The notes below the pieces were generated by a model. The model saw only the letters and a program-made list of their open reading frames with translations, did not search any database and had not been told where the DNA came from. A stretch of DNA of 64,000 bases from the human T2T-CHM13v2.0 reference genome, Homo sapiens: NCBI RefSeq assembly GCF_009914755.1, contig NC_060936.1; one strand, written 5' to 3'. The position numbers and the translations under genes are program-made. Of this stretch, positions 40,881 to 54,672 are shown in pieces. Within the stretch, counting starts at the first letter, position 1; each line of letters opens with the position of its first letter.

Positions 40881-43800
40881 ATTAATTTTTCTTGTTATTC
40901 AACACATATTATTGAGCCTCTGTAATGTCCTAGGCTTGTTCAAGATGTTCAGAATAAAGCAGTGGATAGAACAGGCTTTAAAGCCCTGTACTTTATTGCC
41001 CAAGTCAACGTCCTTAGAATACAGGTACCTCACAACTACCTTGAGGCTTTTATTATGTTATTTTCTTCTGCATTCAGGAATTCCCCAGAGCCAATAGGAT
41101 ACAATTTTAAAATGTCAAACCTTTTTAGATCTCATACCATTTGGCTTCAGTCCTTCTTTCCAACTGTATCATTGTCTATTTCTAAATAGGGATGGTCTAC
41201 ACTGTAAGGCTGATTTGCTCATTGCCCCCACAAAATTTGTCTTGCATTTTCTCTGTTCATTCCTGCACCTGAAATAATTTTGCCACTGCCTTCTCAAAGC
41301 CCTCAAACCTTCAATGTCTGGGTCAAAGCCGTTGGCTCCCAGGAAGCCTGTTTTAGAAATTAAATCCCCAAGTTCTTTTATCTGCATTGATTATTTAACA
41401 CCTGACAGTTGCAACAACTAAGATGATTTGAGCGAGATAATGCTCCACATTTTTTACCGTGTCTGTGTTTGTAGGTGTGCCCAACTGACATACTGGCTAA
41501 GAGTTCAGGGTCCCAGCAGTGAAATAAGAGAAGAATATTAAAAAGATAGGACCCGAAGACTAGGAAGTAAGAGCCTCCACTGCCTAGCACGGTGCCTGGC
41601 ATAGGGTATGCAGTTCATACATGTTTTAGGCCAGGAAAAAGGAGAGGAGGGGAGGGAGGAGGAAGAGAATGACAATGGAGGAAAGCTTGCAGGGAAGGAG
41701 AAAATAATACTCCTAAAATCATAACCTAAGGCCTTTAAAGATCTTTAAATATTTATATTAGGGTTAGAGATATCATTAAGGAATATATTAATATATGCAA
41801 TACATTTTTGATTCTTCCTGGAATAGATTGTCACTTTTATCTATATTAATACATTTGATATAGAATGGACTTTCTGGAGTTTCTAAGGGAAAGTGCAATT
41901 GTGTTGTGTTTGTGTGTTTTCCATCACAATTCAGGCCTACAATGCTGTTAACTCTAAGTTGATTTTGTTGTTTTACACTCTAAGTGATTATTTTTCTGTT
42001 TCCTGGGATATATTTCAGTATCATAAAAGTTGCTGACCACCCACCACTCCCCAAAAAAGAGCCATTTCCTTAACCATCATAAAGTTTTATTAGCTAATAC
42101 CTCATGTTGGGTTTTTATTTTCAATAAAAGCCGAATTCAACATTCAAACTCCTAGTGCAAATCTCCTCTATCAATAAACAGTACTTGTGGTTAATTTTAT
42201 TTATATTTTTGCTTGATTATATGCAAAGGTGTAGCCTCGAAATCTTAAGAGAGATACGTGTCTGCATTTTTATGAACACGCAAACCAAGTTATTAAGATA
42301 GAAATTTTACTTCATAGGAAAATCCAGGTGGATATTTAAAAAAATCAAGTACTACATCTGACCTCTGCTGTAAGGCTGTTTTACTGGCTGTAAGAGTCAG
42401 ATTAATGTAGATAGATATAAATATAGATAGGGCTTCCTTCAAGGAGGTATTACTTTTGCATAATATATGTGTAGCGTGTGTTAATTTTCCTGGGTGAAGC
42501 AAGCTAGAAAAGTTGCTTCTTAAACCAGTGACTGTAACAGGTTGTGTGTACCCTCTAACTTATATGGGAGGACCCTGCTGAAGCAGCCCCATTCTTTGGG
42601 AATTCCTACCTGCTAGTGGAGATAAGTGAGCATAAAGCTTTGGCCCTGAGGCTTTGAGCTGTCCTGCTTTTAAGAAACAAGAGATATTTCCACAGTCTGT
42701 CTTGTAGTAGTAGTAGCTGAACAGCCCGTGAGAGTTCCAGAAATGAACTGTGCTCCAAATGCTTATCACATGCTGTGTTGATGTCGGTAAAATGCAGAGG
42801 ATGAGCTGGGCTCCCCTTTAACCCTAACTTTCTATGGTGATTTCATTTTGACACTAATTTCAGGCATAAACCTTGGCCCTTAGCTACAGTGTGTAACTGT
42901 TGGCATCTCACTGCCACCTGGGTGCACAATGAGAATAGCAAATGGAGAACAATATTTAGCCTCTGTGATTTGCCATAAGAACGCACAACATGCAGTTGGA
43001 AAGGGAAATATTTAATCAGCCACTTTTCTCAATGCAGTCGCCATCAGTTGAGTTGGTTGAAGATTTTTTTTCCTCCATATTAACGGCTTGTTTTGTCACT
43101 GTGAAGATAGATCCTTTGGCTTCCTCTTGAATTCTTATTATGCAAATTTGGGGACATTGCATATTAATTTGAACCTACAAGCATAAAGGAGATATTTTAT
43201 GCCAAATTCATAGCTCACTTTGGTCAAAAGATTTTTTTAAAAAGCTCCTGGAGTCCTCTGTTTTGTTAGTTGGCCGTGGACTTAATATGTGAAAGGCTGT
43301 AAGTGACGCACGAATAATACCATTCCATTTTTAGGCATGTTGTATGATGATGCTGTTGATCTTTAAAAGAAATTCCATTTGGTGACATTTACAGAAATAG
43401 TTTTGTGTTAGCAGCTTTTAATTTTAATTTTAAAAAATATTGAGAATGGTGTAACTTTCAAGTGGTGAGGAAGTCATCTAGAAGGTACATACTTACGTAA
43501 TGGAAACGGGAGACATACATGGACTCTCATCAGATGTTGTGCTTATATTCAATCCAGGGAAACGGTTTGACAAGTAAGAATATGGTATAGTGCAGAATGC
43601 CAGTATAAACAGGCAGATCGCCTTAAAGACTCAGATCCATTTTATTTTAAGCCTGATGTTTTTAAAGTGCTAGGAAGATCCGAATCCAGAGTCAAGTAGT
43701 CCTCACTTGAATCCTGCTGATTCAGTGCAATGCAGTCCAGTCCGTGACAATTAACTCAGTTACTTACTGATTGGATCTCTAATATTTATAAACACTTTAA

Positions 43801-46619
43801 ACTCCTCCAGTCAATTATCTCTTTGAGAATATTATTTTATCTTTTGGTTGGGTAACTAAAATAAGATAAATGGGTACATATGACAAAGAATTTCTGGTTC
43901 TTTCCCACAAAAGAAAATATTTCAAAGAGTTCAGAATTTCTACATGGTTTGGAAATGTAATTTTTCATTCCAAATTGGGTAAAAGTTGGTATAGTGTACA
44001 ATCTTTTAGACTAAAATGGTTTTGCTTTGACCCCAATAATCACAATTATTATTATAACTTCGGAAAGATTTTCAATCATTCATTCACTCAATCATTCAAT
44101 TGGCTTTTTTTCTTAATTATCTCATCTGAACAGTGTTGCTAATGGCACTGTGAAGGATTTTATAAAAGGAGAAAATATAATCGTTCTCTCATCAACTGTA
44201 GTAGAATTGGAGAGAAAAGAAAACCTTGAAGAACTAATTGAATAATATAATAAAATTACTGTTAGCAATCATACTTTAGTAGTGTGAAGGGAAAAGCTAT
44301 TTCTGCACAGGTAGGAAGCAGTATTAACAATCAAATACAACTTTTAGGCTCAGAATATAGGTTCAGATTATTTGTTGTGAGAATAATGAGAATATTCAGA
44401 ATAAAGGCTAATTCTTGGAAATGGATTTTAGAATTTTCAACTGATTTCATCAGCAAAAACATAAGGCTTTCATTTCATAAAAACTTTAAAAAATGTAACT
44501 ATGTCATCCTGTTAGTGATTAATTCAACTGTCTAAAAATTACAAATATTTTACTTTATTGAAGGTTTATAGTAAAATACGTGTGTGTGTTTCGAAGGCTG
44601 GGGGCTTGGTGGATTTATTGGTGCCCTTATTCAACTTTGCAATAGTCTTCCATAGTTTGGACATGAATGTAAATTGAACTGTTTTAAAAATAGTTTACAT
44701 CATTGCTTGTGCCTATCTTTTGAAATATGTCAACTTCCTCACTATCTTGAGAAGATAGGCTAACACATTCTATGTGATGGAAAACTTTTCAAAGCTGTCT
44801 TTCACATCCCAGGATGTGTAAAGCCCTGCCCATAGCTTCATTCTCTGGCAGAAATATTATACCATTTACCCACATAGATAAAAACACTATTCCAAATAAA
44901 ACTTAACATTAAGCAAAGAGCTTTGGTATTGGTTCAATTCTCGCTTTCTATCTCAAATAGGAAAGTTTACTATTTTAAGGAAAAACAACTTTGTATGCAT
45001 GTTCATAATCATTTTCCAGGAAAGCCAAAGATTAGCAGGCCAAAAAGAATTGGAAAACTTCACTTTAAAAGCCTTGACATTTTTGCCCTTAGTTACCTGT
45101 GTGTTGAAAAGCAAAGGCCTAGTAATGACTTAATTATTCTCTTCTTTTCTCTGGTGGAGTTTGTGTTTTGTAGATGTAGAAAAAAGAGCCTTGACTATTT
45201 CTGGCTTCTCTGCCCAGGGAAGGGAAGAATTGGCTAAAAAAATACACATTCCTAGTAGACATTTCTTATTGACAGTGTACGGTATTCTGTGAGCTGGGGA
45301 AGACAGATACCCTTTTATTGGGGGCAGGGGGAGGATGTAGCAAAGGACCAATTTTCCTGGAGATCCTATTACGTGAAGGGACTTATACTGGACACATCAT
45401 GGAGAAAATCAGAAAGAAGGCTGCTTAATAAGACCCACTCCTGGATGCGGCCACTCTCAATTCTCAGTGTCTTTGGGAAGCAAGGTTCGCCATCCACTTG
45501 TCTAAACAGATGATGATAGCAGAGGTGCTGCACACCTTCTCCCTGTGACTTGTGAATGCCTTTCGTGCTCCCAAATAAGGAACTCCTCTCACTGCTGTCT
45601 GCTCTGAGCTGTATTTCATTTTGATAGCCATTTGCAGGGGACACCTTTGAACTCCATGCAATGTAAAAGATGTGGTTGAGAAATTCTTCAATGGAATTTC
45701 TTCCCCTTTTCCCCCACCCTCATTTTCCTCTGGGTGATTTACAGCTTGAACATTAGGTACTTAGAGACAGTATGTCTGACCTACCTTTAAAAATACACAT
45801 TAAGACACACACAATTTGAAGAAAAAAGAAGCCAAAAAAAAAAAAAAAAAAAAAACCTTGAGAAGGACAAAGGATTATATATTGAGGAAATATAGTATAT
45901 GGTTAAATTCAGAAATCAGAAGAGTTGAAAGAAAATATGTGGAAAAAAAATTGTTTTTATTGAATTACAGATTCAGCTATTCCCAGTTTCACTTTCACTT
46001 GCTGGATCATAATGTCCAATGTCTTCTTCAAATTTAATTTTAGTGTCATGTCTCTAAAGTAAATATGTTTGAGAGTAGGCATACTCACTTTGTTACTATT
46101 AGGAGACGATACACCTCTTTGGTACATCTCCAGTGTACTCATTCATAATAATTTAACTTTGACATAAATTGCTCATTGCCTTCTGTCTTTTCCCCAATAA
46201 AGTAGCCAAAGTATTTTGAGTAATGTTGCTTCCGAAAACAAATACAACTTCTTAGCTTTCATCTTGAAATATTTAAACGTGAAATCTAAATTGCAGTGCT
46301 ACATCAATCAGTGTCCAGCAGCACAAATTGATTGTCTTGTCCATATCTTGTCAGTAATCAGTGAGTTTCTACTTCTCAGGTGCATGTTTACTTTTCTAGG
46401 CTACATTGATCAGTCATGGTTTCAGCCATTTTTACCTTGGAGTTTGTGCCCTGTGATTTGAGGGCATTGGAAGGCTTTTGAAGGTCTAATATTCTAGTAT
46501 TTGCGCATACACTTTCAAGAGAGGGTGATTGGAACACAGGCATCTATGTCTGATGGCATTTGGAAGATCTTCTCAGCTGATGTCACCTTTTCTTTCTCAC
46601 CTTGGGGCTGTAAGAGAAG

Positions 46620-46790
46620 CAGCAACCTCTGTGGTAGGAAGAGTACAGCCTTTGGAGTCAAACCAAATTAGATTAAAATTCCAGACCTACTACGACCATG
46701 GACCAATTGCTTAGTATGTTTGAAACACAGTTTCTTCCTCTGTAAAATAAGGATTATAATAACGATTATAATACCCACCTTAGTATCTTT
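46620..46790 (+). mobile_element. MIR
   Basis: cagcctttggagtcaaac...cagtttcttcctctgtaaaataaggattataa. Confidence 0.7.
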
Positions 46791-46809
46791 TTTTTTGTTT
46801 TTTTTTTTT

Positions 46810-46960
46810 ACCATTTCCCACATGTCAGGCATCATTTTCACATGGACTAAAGGCAAACATTATGATCCTTCACACTTTACAGGTTACTATACAGAGGTTT
46901 AGAGAGGTTAAAAGAAAAAAACACCCAAGAACACACATAGTTGTTAAGTAGTGGGTCCTC
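46810..46960 (-). mobile_element. MIR
   Basis: catgtcaggcatc...cactttacagg...acagaggtttagagaggttaa...cccaagaacacacatag. Confidence 0.6.
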
Positions 46961-48049
46961 TTGTTGATTATCTTATTCCAGTAGAATTTGTTTTTAGGAA
47001 AGGACATGCAGGTTTCAAAAATATATACATAATAAATATGTTTCCCAAATGCGATTTAGTTTAAGCCCTTGGTTATGATATTAGAGATATACTAAAGTAT
47101 TAATACTACAGTGTTAAAGCTGTAATTTCTATTTCACCCACGTTGCTGCATCACATACTGACGTTGTTTGAGAGTGTGCTTTTAAGTGGCTGTGGAGGAC
47201 TATATGCTATGAGAGCTGCTTTATGCTTTTCTTTTTGAAGATGTTGATGGTGCTCTCATCTTGATGAGCACAACTCCTTTTCAGTAAAGATTCTGGATAA
47301 ATGTCTGTTGCATGGAATTGAATGCTAGTCTATAAGGCAATTTTTATACCTTAGATGAAGAGTGGATGCCATTTGCAGAAGAGCTTGACATTCTCAGGGA
47401 GTCATTTTATAGCCTAAAAGAATTTTATATTTGTGATTATATGACTCTTGATAAAGAATAAAAAAAAGAGAATGATTTACTGGGAATTTAAAAGTTTCAT
47501 TCTACTGTGGCTTCATCTGCTGCCCATTTGCAGGACACTGATAACTTCAGCTTCTTCTCCTGCTTCATCTGCAGGCTCTTGAAGTCTGTGGGATGCCCAA
47601 GTGTGTATAGAAACTCGGAAATAGCACAGTCCCTCTGGTTAAGAATAACATGTCAGTTTTCTTCTCTTGCTTTTGTGTGCTCTCTGGAGCTCACCCATGC
47701 ATGATGTTCCAGTGGACTTCAAAGGCAAGTCTATGGTTGGATTAGCTCCACAGGACAGAGAGCAAGGTAAGAAATAGGCTTAGTGCTATCAAGGCCCACT
47801 GGGGAGCTGATAGAGCCGAGCTATGTGGTTTCCAAAATGATTTGTTCATTCATGTCCTCATGGAAGAATAGGCAAATTTGCATAATACTTTCTATTTTAT
47901 TATCACCATTAAAATTTCTGCATTTTCAAAATGGTGTCTGGACAGTACTCCAAAAGGCTGATTTATAGCTATATAATACCTGCACTTGAGGGGTTGAAGA
48001 TCTAAAAAAAGAGATATAGATATAATAAATTTGGAATTAGAAAATACTA

Positions 48050-48850
48050 CTAAAGTCATAAAGACATAAAATATTCAAATCATAGGGTAATTTGGGATAT
48101 TAAGAAAGGAATGGAGGAAAGAATGGTGTGTACTTCAGAAATTGCAACTAAGGGATATTTGCTTTCCAGAGGTTGCTAGCAAAGATGGGCTTCTTATAGA
48201 ATTCTAGAGCCAGGCATTACTGAGGAAAGGAAGGTGGAAGATTAAGTGATTTAAAGACTTAGGAAAGACTTTAGGGGAAGGTTTAGAAATAAAATAGGAA
48301 TGGTTAGATGATGAGGGTACGGAGGTGACTTGACTGAGAAGAATATGGCAGACTAACGAGGGTTAAGAGACATAGTGCATGGGGCAGAGTCAGGTGCCCA
48401 CATGCGCTTTGAAGTTAGGAAAGCCAGCAATATAAAATATCAACGTGGAAACCTAAGGAGGAAGTAGATGTGGTGAGGTCCATGGATAAGCAGTGGAAGC
48501 AAACCTAGCAATCCTGCTGAGCATTGATAATAGGCTTTTTCATGAAGACTTGGAGCCATGGAAAGGCAGATGAAGAATCTTAATTTTCAGAAATCAAAAG
48601 ACCAGATAAGAAAGGCCACAATAATCCAGGTGACAGTGCAACAGATCCAGGACTGAAACTATAGCTATGATGTGAAAACCAAAAAGGGGGATAAATTTAA
48701 TAGTTGTAAAAAATTATATAAAACAAAATAACAACAACATCAGCACAATTTAACACTACAGAGAGGAGGATTCAGAAACATTAAAGGATAGAAAAAAATT
48801 AAAAACTGGTCATAGGTTTTGCTTCTGTGATAGAAAAGCTACTCATAGAG
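48050..48850 (-). mobile_element. Diverged L2 fragments
   Basis: Purine-rich reverse-L2 motifs (ggagccatggaaagg, caataatccaggtgacag). Confidence 0.45.
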
Positions 48851-49539
48851 CAGGACTGAGTAAGAATACGCAGGATCCCAGCAAACCTTTAAGGGAACAA
48901 ACATACTTAATGCATGGTTTTTCCTCTGTCTCTGCAATGAGGAAGAGAAAGGATAAGGTTATTTCTTTGCACTGTGATTTATTCCATTTTATCTTCAGGA
49001 TCACAAGTATGTGTTGCTTAACTTTATATAAAGCTAAAAGCACTTTTTAATTGTGTAGTTCCCCTCTGCCAGTTCTTTGAGGTCATTTTATTCAGCATTG
49101 TCTAGGGAGACACGGCAGAGAGAAATTGCAATCTGTGTGGTAAAGAAATCCGTAGACTTGGTATGACTGAATGTCAGGTTGAATCTCAGCTGTGGTTATA
49201 TCCTTCTAAGTGAATAGAGCAGAAACAGAAATGAATTATTTGTCTCCAGAAATTGTCTTTCTGTCTTTGCTTTTGGAGACAGTGGCATATGTACTAAGGC
49301 TGGAACAATTCTGCTTTGATTTGTCATCAAACACTTGGTATTGGGCTTTGAAAGGGAAGGAAAATATTGTGTAATTCAAATGAGCTTTTCATTTGAAAAT
49401 GGAAGGCTCTTTGTATAGCTATCGTTCCTAATTATCAGTAGATATTTCTCTTCTAAGATGTACACCATAATTTTATGACCTGAGAACTACTCGATATTTG
49501 CTTCAGTATCTATAAAACACATTTTGATTTAATTTCTTA

Positions 49540-49760
49540 CATCGTAGAAAGTATAACCAGATTATCTGTAGTCTTCTCTTAACTGAAAATTCTGGTAGAG
49601 GAAACCATGAAGTGGAAGCATCTCATTTCATTGTCGTAAGGAAGGCTGAACTTGGAAAAAGGACTTGTTTAAGGTCACACAGCTAGGTAGTGACAGAGCC
49701 AGGGAAGTCTCAAAGCTATTTATACCCAGATGAGCCTCCTTTAACTTATGGTGTACTGTC
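49540..49760 (-). mobile_element. MIR/MIR3 fragment
   Basis: ggacttgtttaaggtcacacagctaggtagtgacagagccaggga. Confidence 0.65.
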
Positions 49761-50301
49761 CCTTCTCAGTGTAGGAGATTCTGAACTGTAGACAAACACC
49801 AGTGAGTATAATTGGCATTCCCCAATAAATCAGGTATCAGTTTGGATGTTTCATAGTGTGCCCATACACCTATCATACAAGCATTATTATAAATAAAGTG
49901 TAAGCACTCTGATAGTGACTGACAGGGCTTAAATAGGAGTTAAAAAAGAGACTTTTAGTGAACACTAATTATTTAAGAAATTGCCTTTTGTCTGATTTCC
50001 TTAGGAGATTTAACAAGAAAACAATACATCTGACTCCATTTTATTCCATGTTTTGCTTGCTGTAGAGCCTGCCATCCTAGGACCAGGGCAAATTGCTCCC
50101 AAATTTTCTCAAATGGAAAAGAGAAGCAGAGCAGCCTCTAGTAGAGCTGTGGTCTGGGTTGGCACTCGGGCACCAGTGCTCCGTGGCTCAAGTGCATCCA
50201 TCCATCCTCATGTTTCTTTTGTCCCAAATGCCCTCTCCCTTGTCCTGGTCCCTCTCCATTATTATTCTGATCGCTCTCCTCATCTCATTCAAACCTCTTG
50301 A

Positions 50302-50661
<360 letters not shown>

Positions 50662-50679
50662 CTTTACTTTGTTTTACAA

Positions 50680-52300
50680 TTCCCAGCATCTGGCTTCTGC
50701 TCCTACCTTACTACTGATGAACCAGTAGTTCCTGAATTGCTAAATCCAGTGGGCTTTTAAATTATTTCCTAGATCTCTCTGTGCATTTGACCCCATTGAT
50801 AGCTCCCTCCCTCTGAAAGTTGCCCATTCCCCTGGCTTCCACTGTACCATACCCTCTGGGTGGTCTTCTAATTATGTCTTTTTGCCTCCTTCCTGGACTT
50901 CCCTTCTTCCTCTTCCCCTGGGTTCATCCTCAGCCCGTTGCTCTTGCCCTGTACACTTTTCCTCAGTACTTTCATCCACCATCATGGTTTGTAGCTACTC
51001 AGACATTTTATTTGTAGTCCAGTCTCTTGTCTGCAGTTCAGACTCAAATATCCAACTGCTTGCCATGTCCAACAGGCACCCTCCAACCTAACGTGTGCAA
51101 ACTAACCTCATCATCATCCCCCTTAACGTAGTTTCTCATTCTATGCTTTCTGTCTCATTTTGTGGCACTGCTGTCGACTCATTCATCTAAACTAGAAACC
51201 CAAGAATCACTTTTGGCTCTTTTTTGCCCACTTTTGTTTTCCATATCAAACCCAGTACCAGGAACTGCTAATTTTTCTTTTCTTTTCTTTTCTTTTTTCT
51301 TTTTTTTTCTTTTTTTTTGAGACAGAGTTTCGCTCTGTCACCCAGGTTAGAGTGCAGTGGCCTGATCTCGGCTCACTGCAAGCTCTGCCTGCGGGTTCAT
51401 GCCATTCTCTTGCCTCAGCCTCCCGAGTAGCTGGGACTACAGGCGCCCACCACCACGCCTGGCTAATTTTTTTGTATTTTTAGTAGAGACGGGGTTTCAC
51501 CGTGTTAGCTAGGATGGTCTCAATCTTCTGACCTCGTGATCTGCCCGCCTCAGCCTTCCAAAGTGCTGGGATTAGGGAACTGCTAATTTTTCACACTAAA
51601 CGTTTCGTGAATCCATCTGCAAGGCTCACGATCACTACCACTGTTGTAGTTCAGAACTACTGCTACTTGTGATGTTTCATCTCTTGCTTGGACATCTGCA
51701 CCATACAAATGACCTTTCTTCCATCAGCCTTGTCACCATGCGATCCACCTAACATGCAACCCAAAGCAGACCTGCTGTGTGCAAGCTTAAAACCCTCTAG
51801 TGTTTCCCTACTCTGCCAGATAAAGCACAAAATATTCCCAAGCTAAATTCTAGCCTTAAATCTGCTGCTTCCTCCCTCTTTCTAGTCTTATCTCTAACAA
51901 TTTCCTGTCTTGCACTTTGCTTTCCAGCTACATGCAACAGCTTGGAATTCTACACATGAACCATATTATTTCTTTGCACATACTGTCTACTTTGCCTCTA
52001 AGTCTCTTCTCACTCTTCTTTCCTGGCCCACTCCTACTTTTTCTTCAGTCAACACAAGTGTGTCACCTCCTCCAAGAAACTTTCCCTTATGTGTCCTGTC
52101 CCCACCCCCATCCCAACTATCCTTAGCCTTATCAATACCCCGTACATAATCCAGTCATTACATTAATTATATCAGTATCCAATTTATGTTAACCTGAGCT
52201 ATACAGTTCATTGATAGCTGTTAGCAACTTATTTTCTTCAACTAAATTCAGACTTCCTTGAATAAGAATTTGGCACAGAACTGGAACGATCTTTGTCTGT
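50680..52300 (+). mobile_element. L2, fragmented and interrupted by AluY
   Basis: tctggcttctgctcctacc...ttgctaaatccagtgg...ctagaaacccaagaatca...cacctcctccaagaaac. Confidence 0.75.
51278..51575 (-). mobile_element. AluY, 5'-truncated by ~25 nt
   Basis: gcaagctctgcc, ccattctc and cgtgttagctaggatggtctc diagnostics; perfect 17-bp TSD ggaactgctaatttttc (51261-51277 / 51576-51592). Confidence 0.95.
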
Positions 52301-53411
52301 TCCACTGCTGATAATTGAGTCATGAAGTTGTTCATGTAAGGATGCATTTATATATTTTTTAACTTTTAATTTTTTTTCTTTCATTTCTTCTGAGGAAGAG
52401 CAAACAAGTCACAGATACAAGTATCTGTCCTCTTCTCTTATGACATCCATACTTTATGTATATTTTACTCCAAAAAGAGGCTAAAATTAAGGAAGATGAA
52501 GTTATTGGCTTGCATGGAGCATCATAGTGTCAAAGTGTCACAAGAATGTGTTTTCTGTTTCCAGAACAATCCTCTTACTATTTTATTACCTTGTTTCTCT
52601 GTGATTTTTTAAACATTTAAAGGTCTATTTTATGTTAGCTTTATTCAGTCACATACTAAGAACACGGATTTCCCAGGGTGGCCAGTTACCATGCCAAAGA
52701 AAGGCTTTTAAAAGCTTTATTTATCCACATTTCAGATATATTTTTTTCATACCGAGAAATAGCATGCTGAGCTTTGCTGTCCCCAAAAATACTACACATG
52801 CTATTTTCTCAGGAAGAAGAGTGAGGTTTATTTTTTGTTAATGAAATGCCAAACAAGCCTGGCCGGTGTGCCAGGCAGAATTAAATTGCAGCATCTTTGG
52901 CAGTAGTCTTCATTGTTCCATCCGTGCAAGTGTTTTATGAAAATTTAGCTGAAGCATTTTAAAAAAATGTTTTGGCCAGATTCTTTTTAGAATAAAGTTG
53001 GGACATTCAGAAATTTGGGCAGTACTCATGATATTATAAATATTTCCAAGACTGGCTAAATAAGCCCCATTGTGATCTTACTCATTTGATTCAGGCTGCT
53101 CTTTCCACATCCATCTCGAAACTTCAGCCCTTGGCCAACACGAGCATGAATGTAGTGGCAAAGTTCAGATTTACAAACATTGTTTGTAAAGCCATTCTAT
53201 TTTTAATTTAAATTCCCTCAACCTATGTTTTACAACACTGTTTATTCACTGTCTCTTTTTGTTCCTCCTAATATCAGAGAAGGAACAAACATACATGCCT
53301 TAAGGAATCCCTTTGGAAACCAAAGTTTCCAAAAAGCACACATCAAAATGGAAAATAGACAAAAAATACATTCCAGTTTTTAAGTACATTGTCCAGTTTT
53401 TATTAACGTCT

Positions 53412-53629
53412 TGGGGATTGGCAAACTTTTACTGAGCTAGTTTAGTGAGCATTTTAGTTTTTGTGGAGAATATGAGGTCTATTATGAATACTCTTCTCTT
53501 CTGTGGTAGCTCGAAAGCAGCCAGAGACAATACCTAAAGAGAAGAGTGTGACTGTGTTCCAGTAAAACTTTATTGACACAAACAGGCAGCAGCCTGGGTT
53601 GGGCCACTGGTAATGGTTTGCCAGCCCTC
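53412..53629 (-). mobile_element. MER58A (hAT-Charlie)
   Basis: ggggattggcaaactttt...aaagcagccagagacaatac...tgtgttccagtaaaactttatt...gtttgccagccct. Confidence 0.85.
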
Positions 53630-53804
53630 CATGTAGCTTCCCATTACTCCTCATTACTTCCATTAGTAACTTTTTTTGTTTTGATTTTCGACATCATGGA
53701 AATAAATATTAATGCTTTACTTCCGTCACGAGTAAAATTGTTGGTTATATCAAAGAAAAATGCAGGAATTTCTCAAAGATTAGAAAAAATTGATACTCTT
53801 TAAG

Positions 53805-54036
53805 ATTTTAAAATTTATTTATTATTTAATTTATTTAATATTTAATTTATTTATTATTTATTTAATAAATTTATTTATTTAATATTTAATTTATTTATTA
53901 TTTATTTAATAAATAAATTTATATTATTTATTTATTAAATAAATTTATATTATTTATTTATTAAATAAATTTATATTATTTATTTATTAAATAAATTTAT
54001 ATTATTTATTTATTAAATAAATTTATTTATTTATTT
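53805..54036. repeat. Pure-AT minisatellite (4 x 26-bp unit plus 2 x ~44-bp unit)
   Basis: 232 bp with no G or C; aaataaatttatattatttatttatt x4 at 53911-54014. Confidence 0.95.
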
Positions 54037-54124
54037 GTTTATGGGGGTGATTAGTGCAGAGGAACCCAGAAGCCCCTCATGCCAAGCACCACCCAAGATT
54101 TTTTCTATTTTTGAAGTTCCTGCT

Positions 54125-54245
54125 TACACAACTGTAAGTTTCTTGAGGGGAGCAAATAGCTGAGAATTTGTCTCACACTTTCACCATGACCAGGTGCACG
54201 GCTCACGGGACAGTCATATTTTCAAATGAATGAATGAATGACTAG
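54125..54245 (+). mobile_element. L2 3' end
   Basis: actgtaagtttcttgagggg...aaatgaatgaatgaatga. Confidence 0.6.
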
Positions 54246-54614
54246 GCCACTGTATGCTATTGTCAGTTTGATAATATTGTAGACAAAATATCAGACCCGA
54301 ATTTTTAGTTTCTTGGCCCTTTGTGCTCTGTTATTTCAAAGGTTCCCATATTAGTTGCACTAATAAAGGGCTAAAGAACCACGCTGTTGATGATGGTGAA
54401 AGTGGGATGTGCTTTCGCTTAAGCCCATGCTCTGAAACAGCTACTCATAGAGGTTTTTGTGGTAAGCATGTATAGATAGGTTTTTTAAAAGTAGGGTACG
54501 ATTTTTATTTCTAGTGCTTTAAATCTGTTCAGTTAAAAACAAGAAGGAACATTCTTTTTGTGGTAAATGTGGGCTGACAGCAAGATGGATTTACTAGTAT
54601 TTTCTATTCTTCAG

Positions 54615-54672
54615 ACTTGAGGTTAACATGGGCATAATGTTCTGGATGAAGCTTTGGAAGTACTTGTGAAGG
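54615..54672 (+). other. Candidate small internal exon (58 nt)
   Basis: Acceptor ttttctattcttcag| and donor agg|gtaagt. Confidence 0.25.

Noticed and set aside
42905-42930. CTCF-like motif ctgccacctgggtg
   Set aside because: Mismatches in the core 3' positions; no supporting evidence.
47575-47766. Possible exon ending AAG|gtaaga (similarly 57221-57296)
   Set aside because: Splice-like motifs only, with ambiguous acceptors and adjacent old repeats; no better than chance.
53805-54036. CRISPR-like array
   Set aside because: Tandem units have no unique spacers, and the context is eukaryotic.
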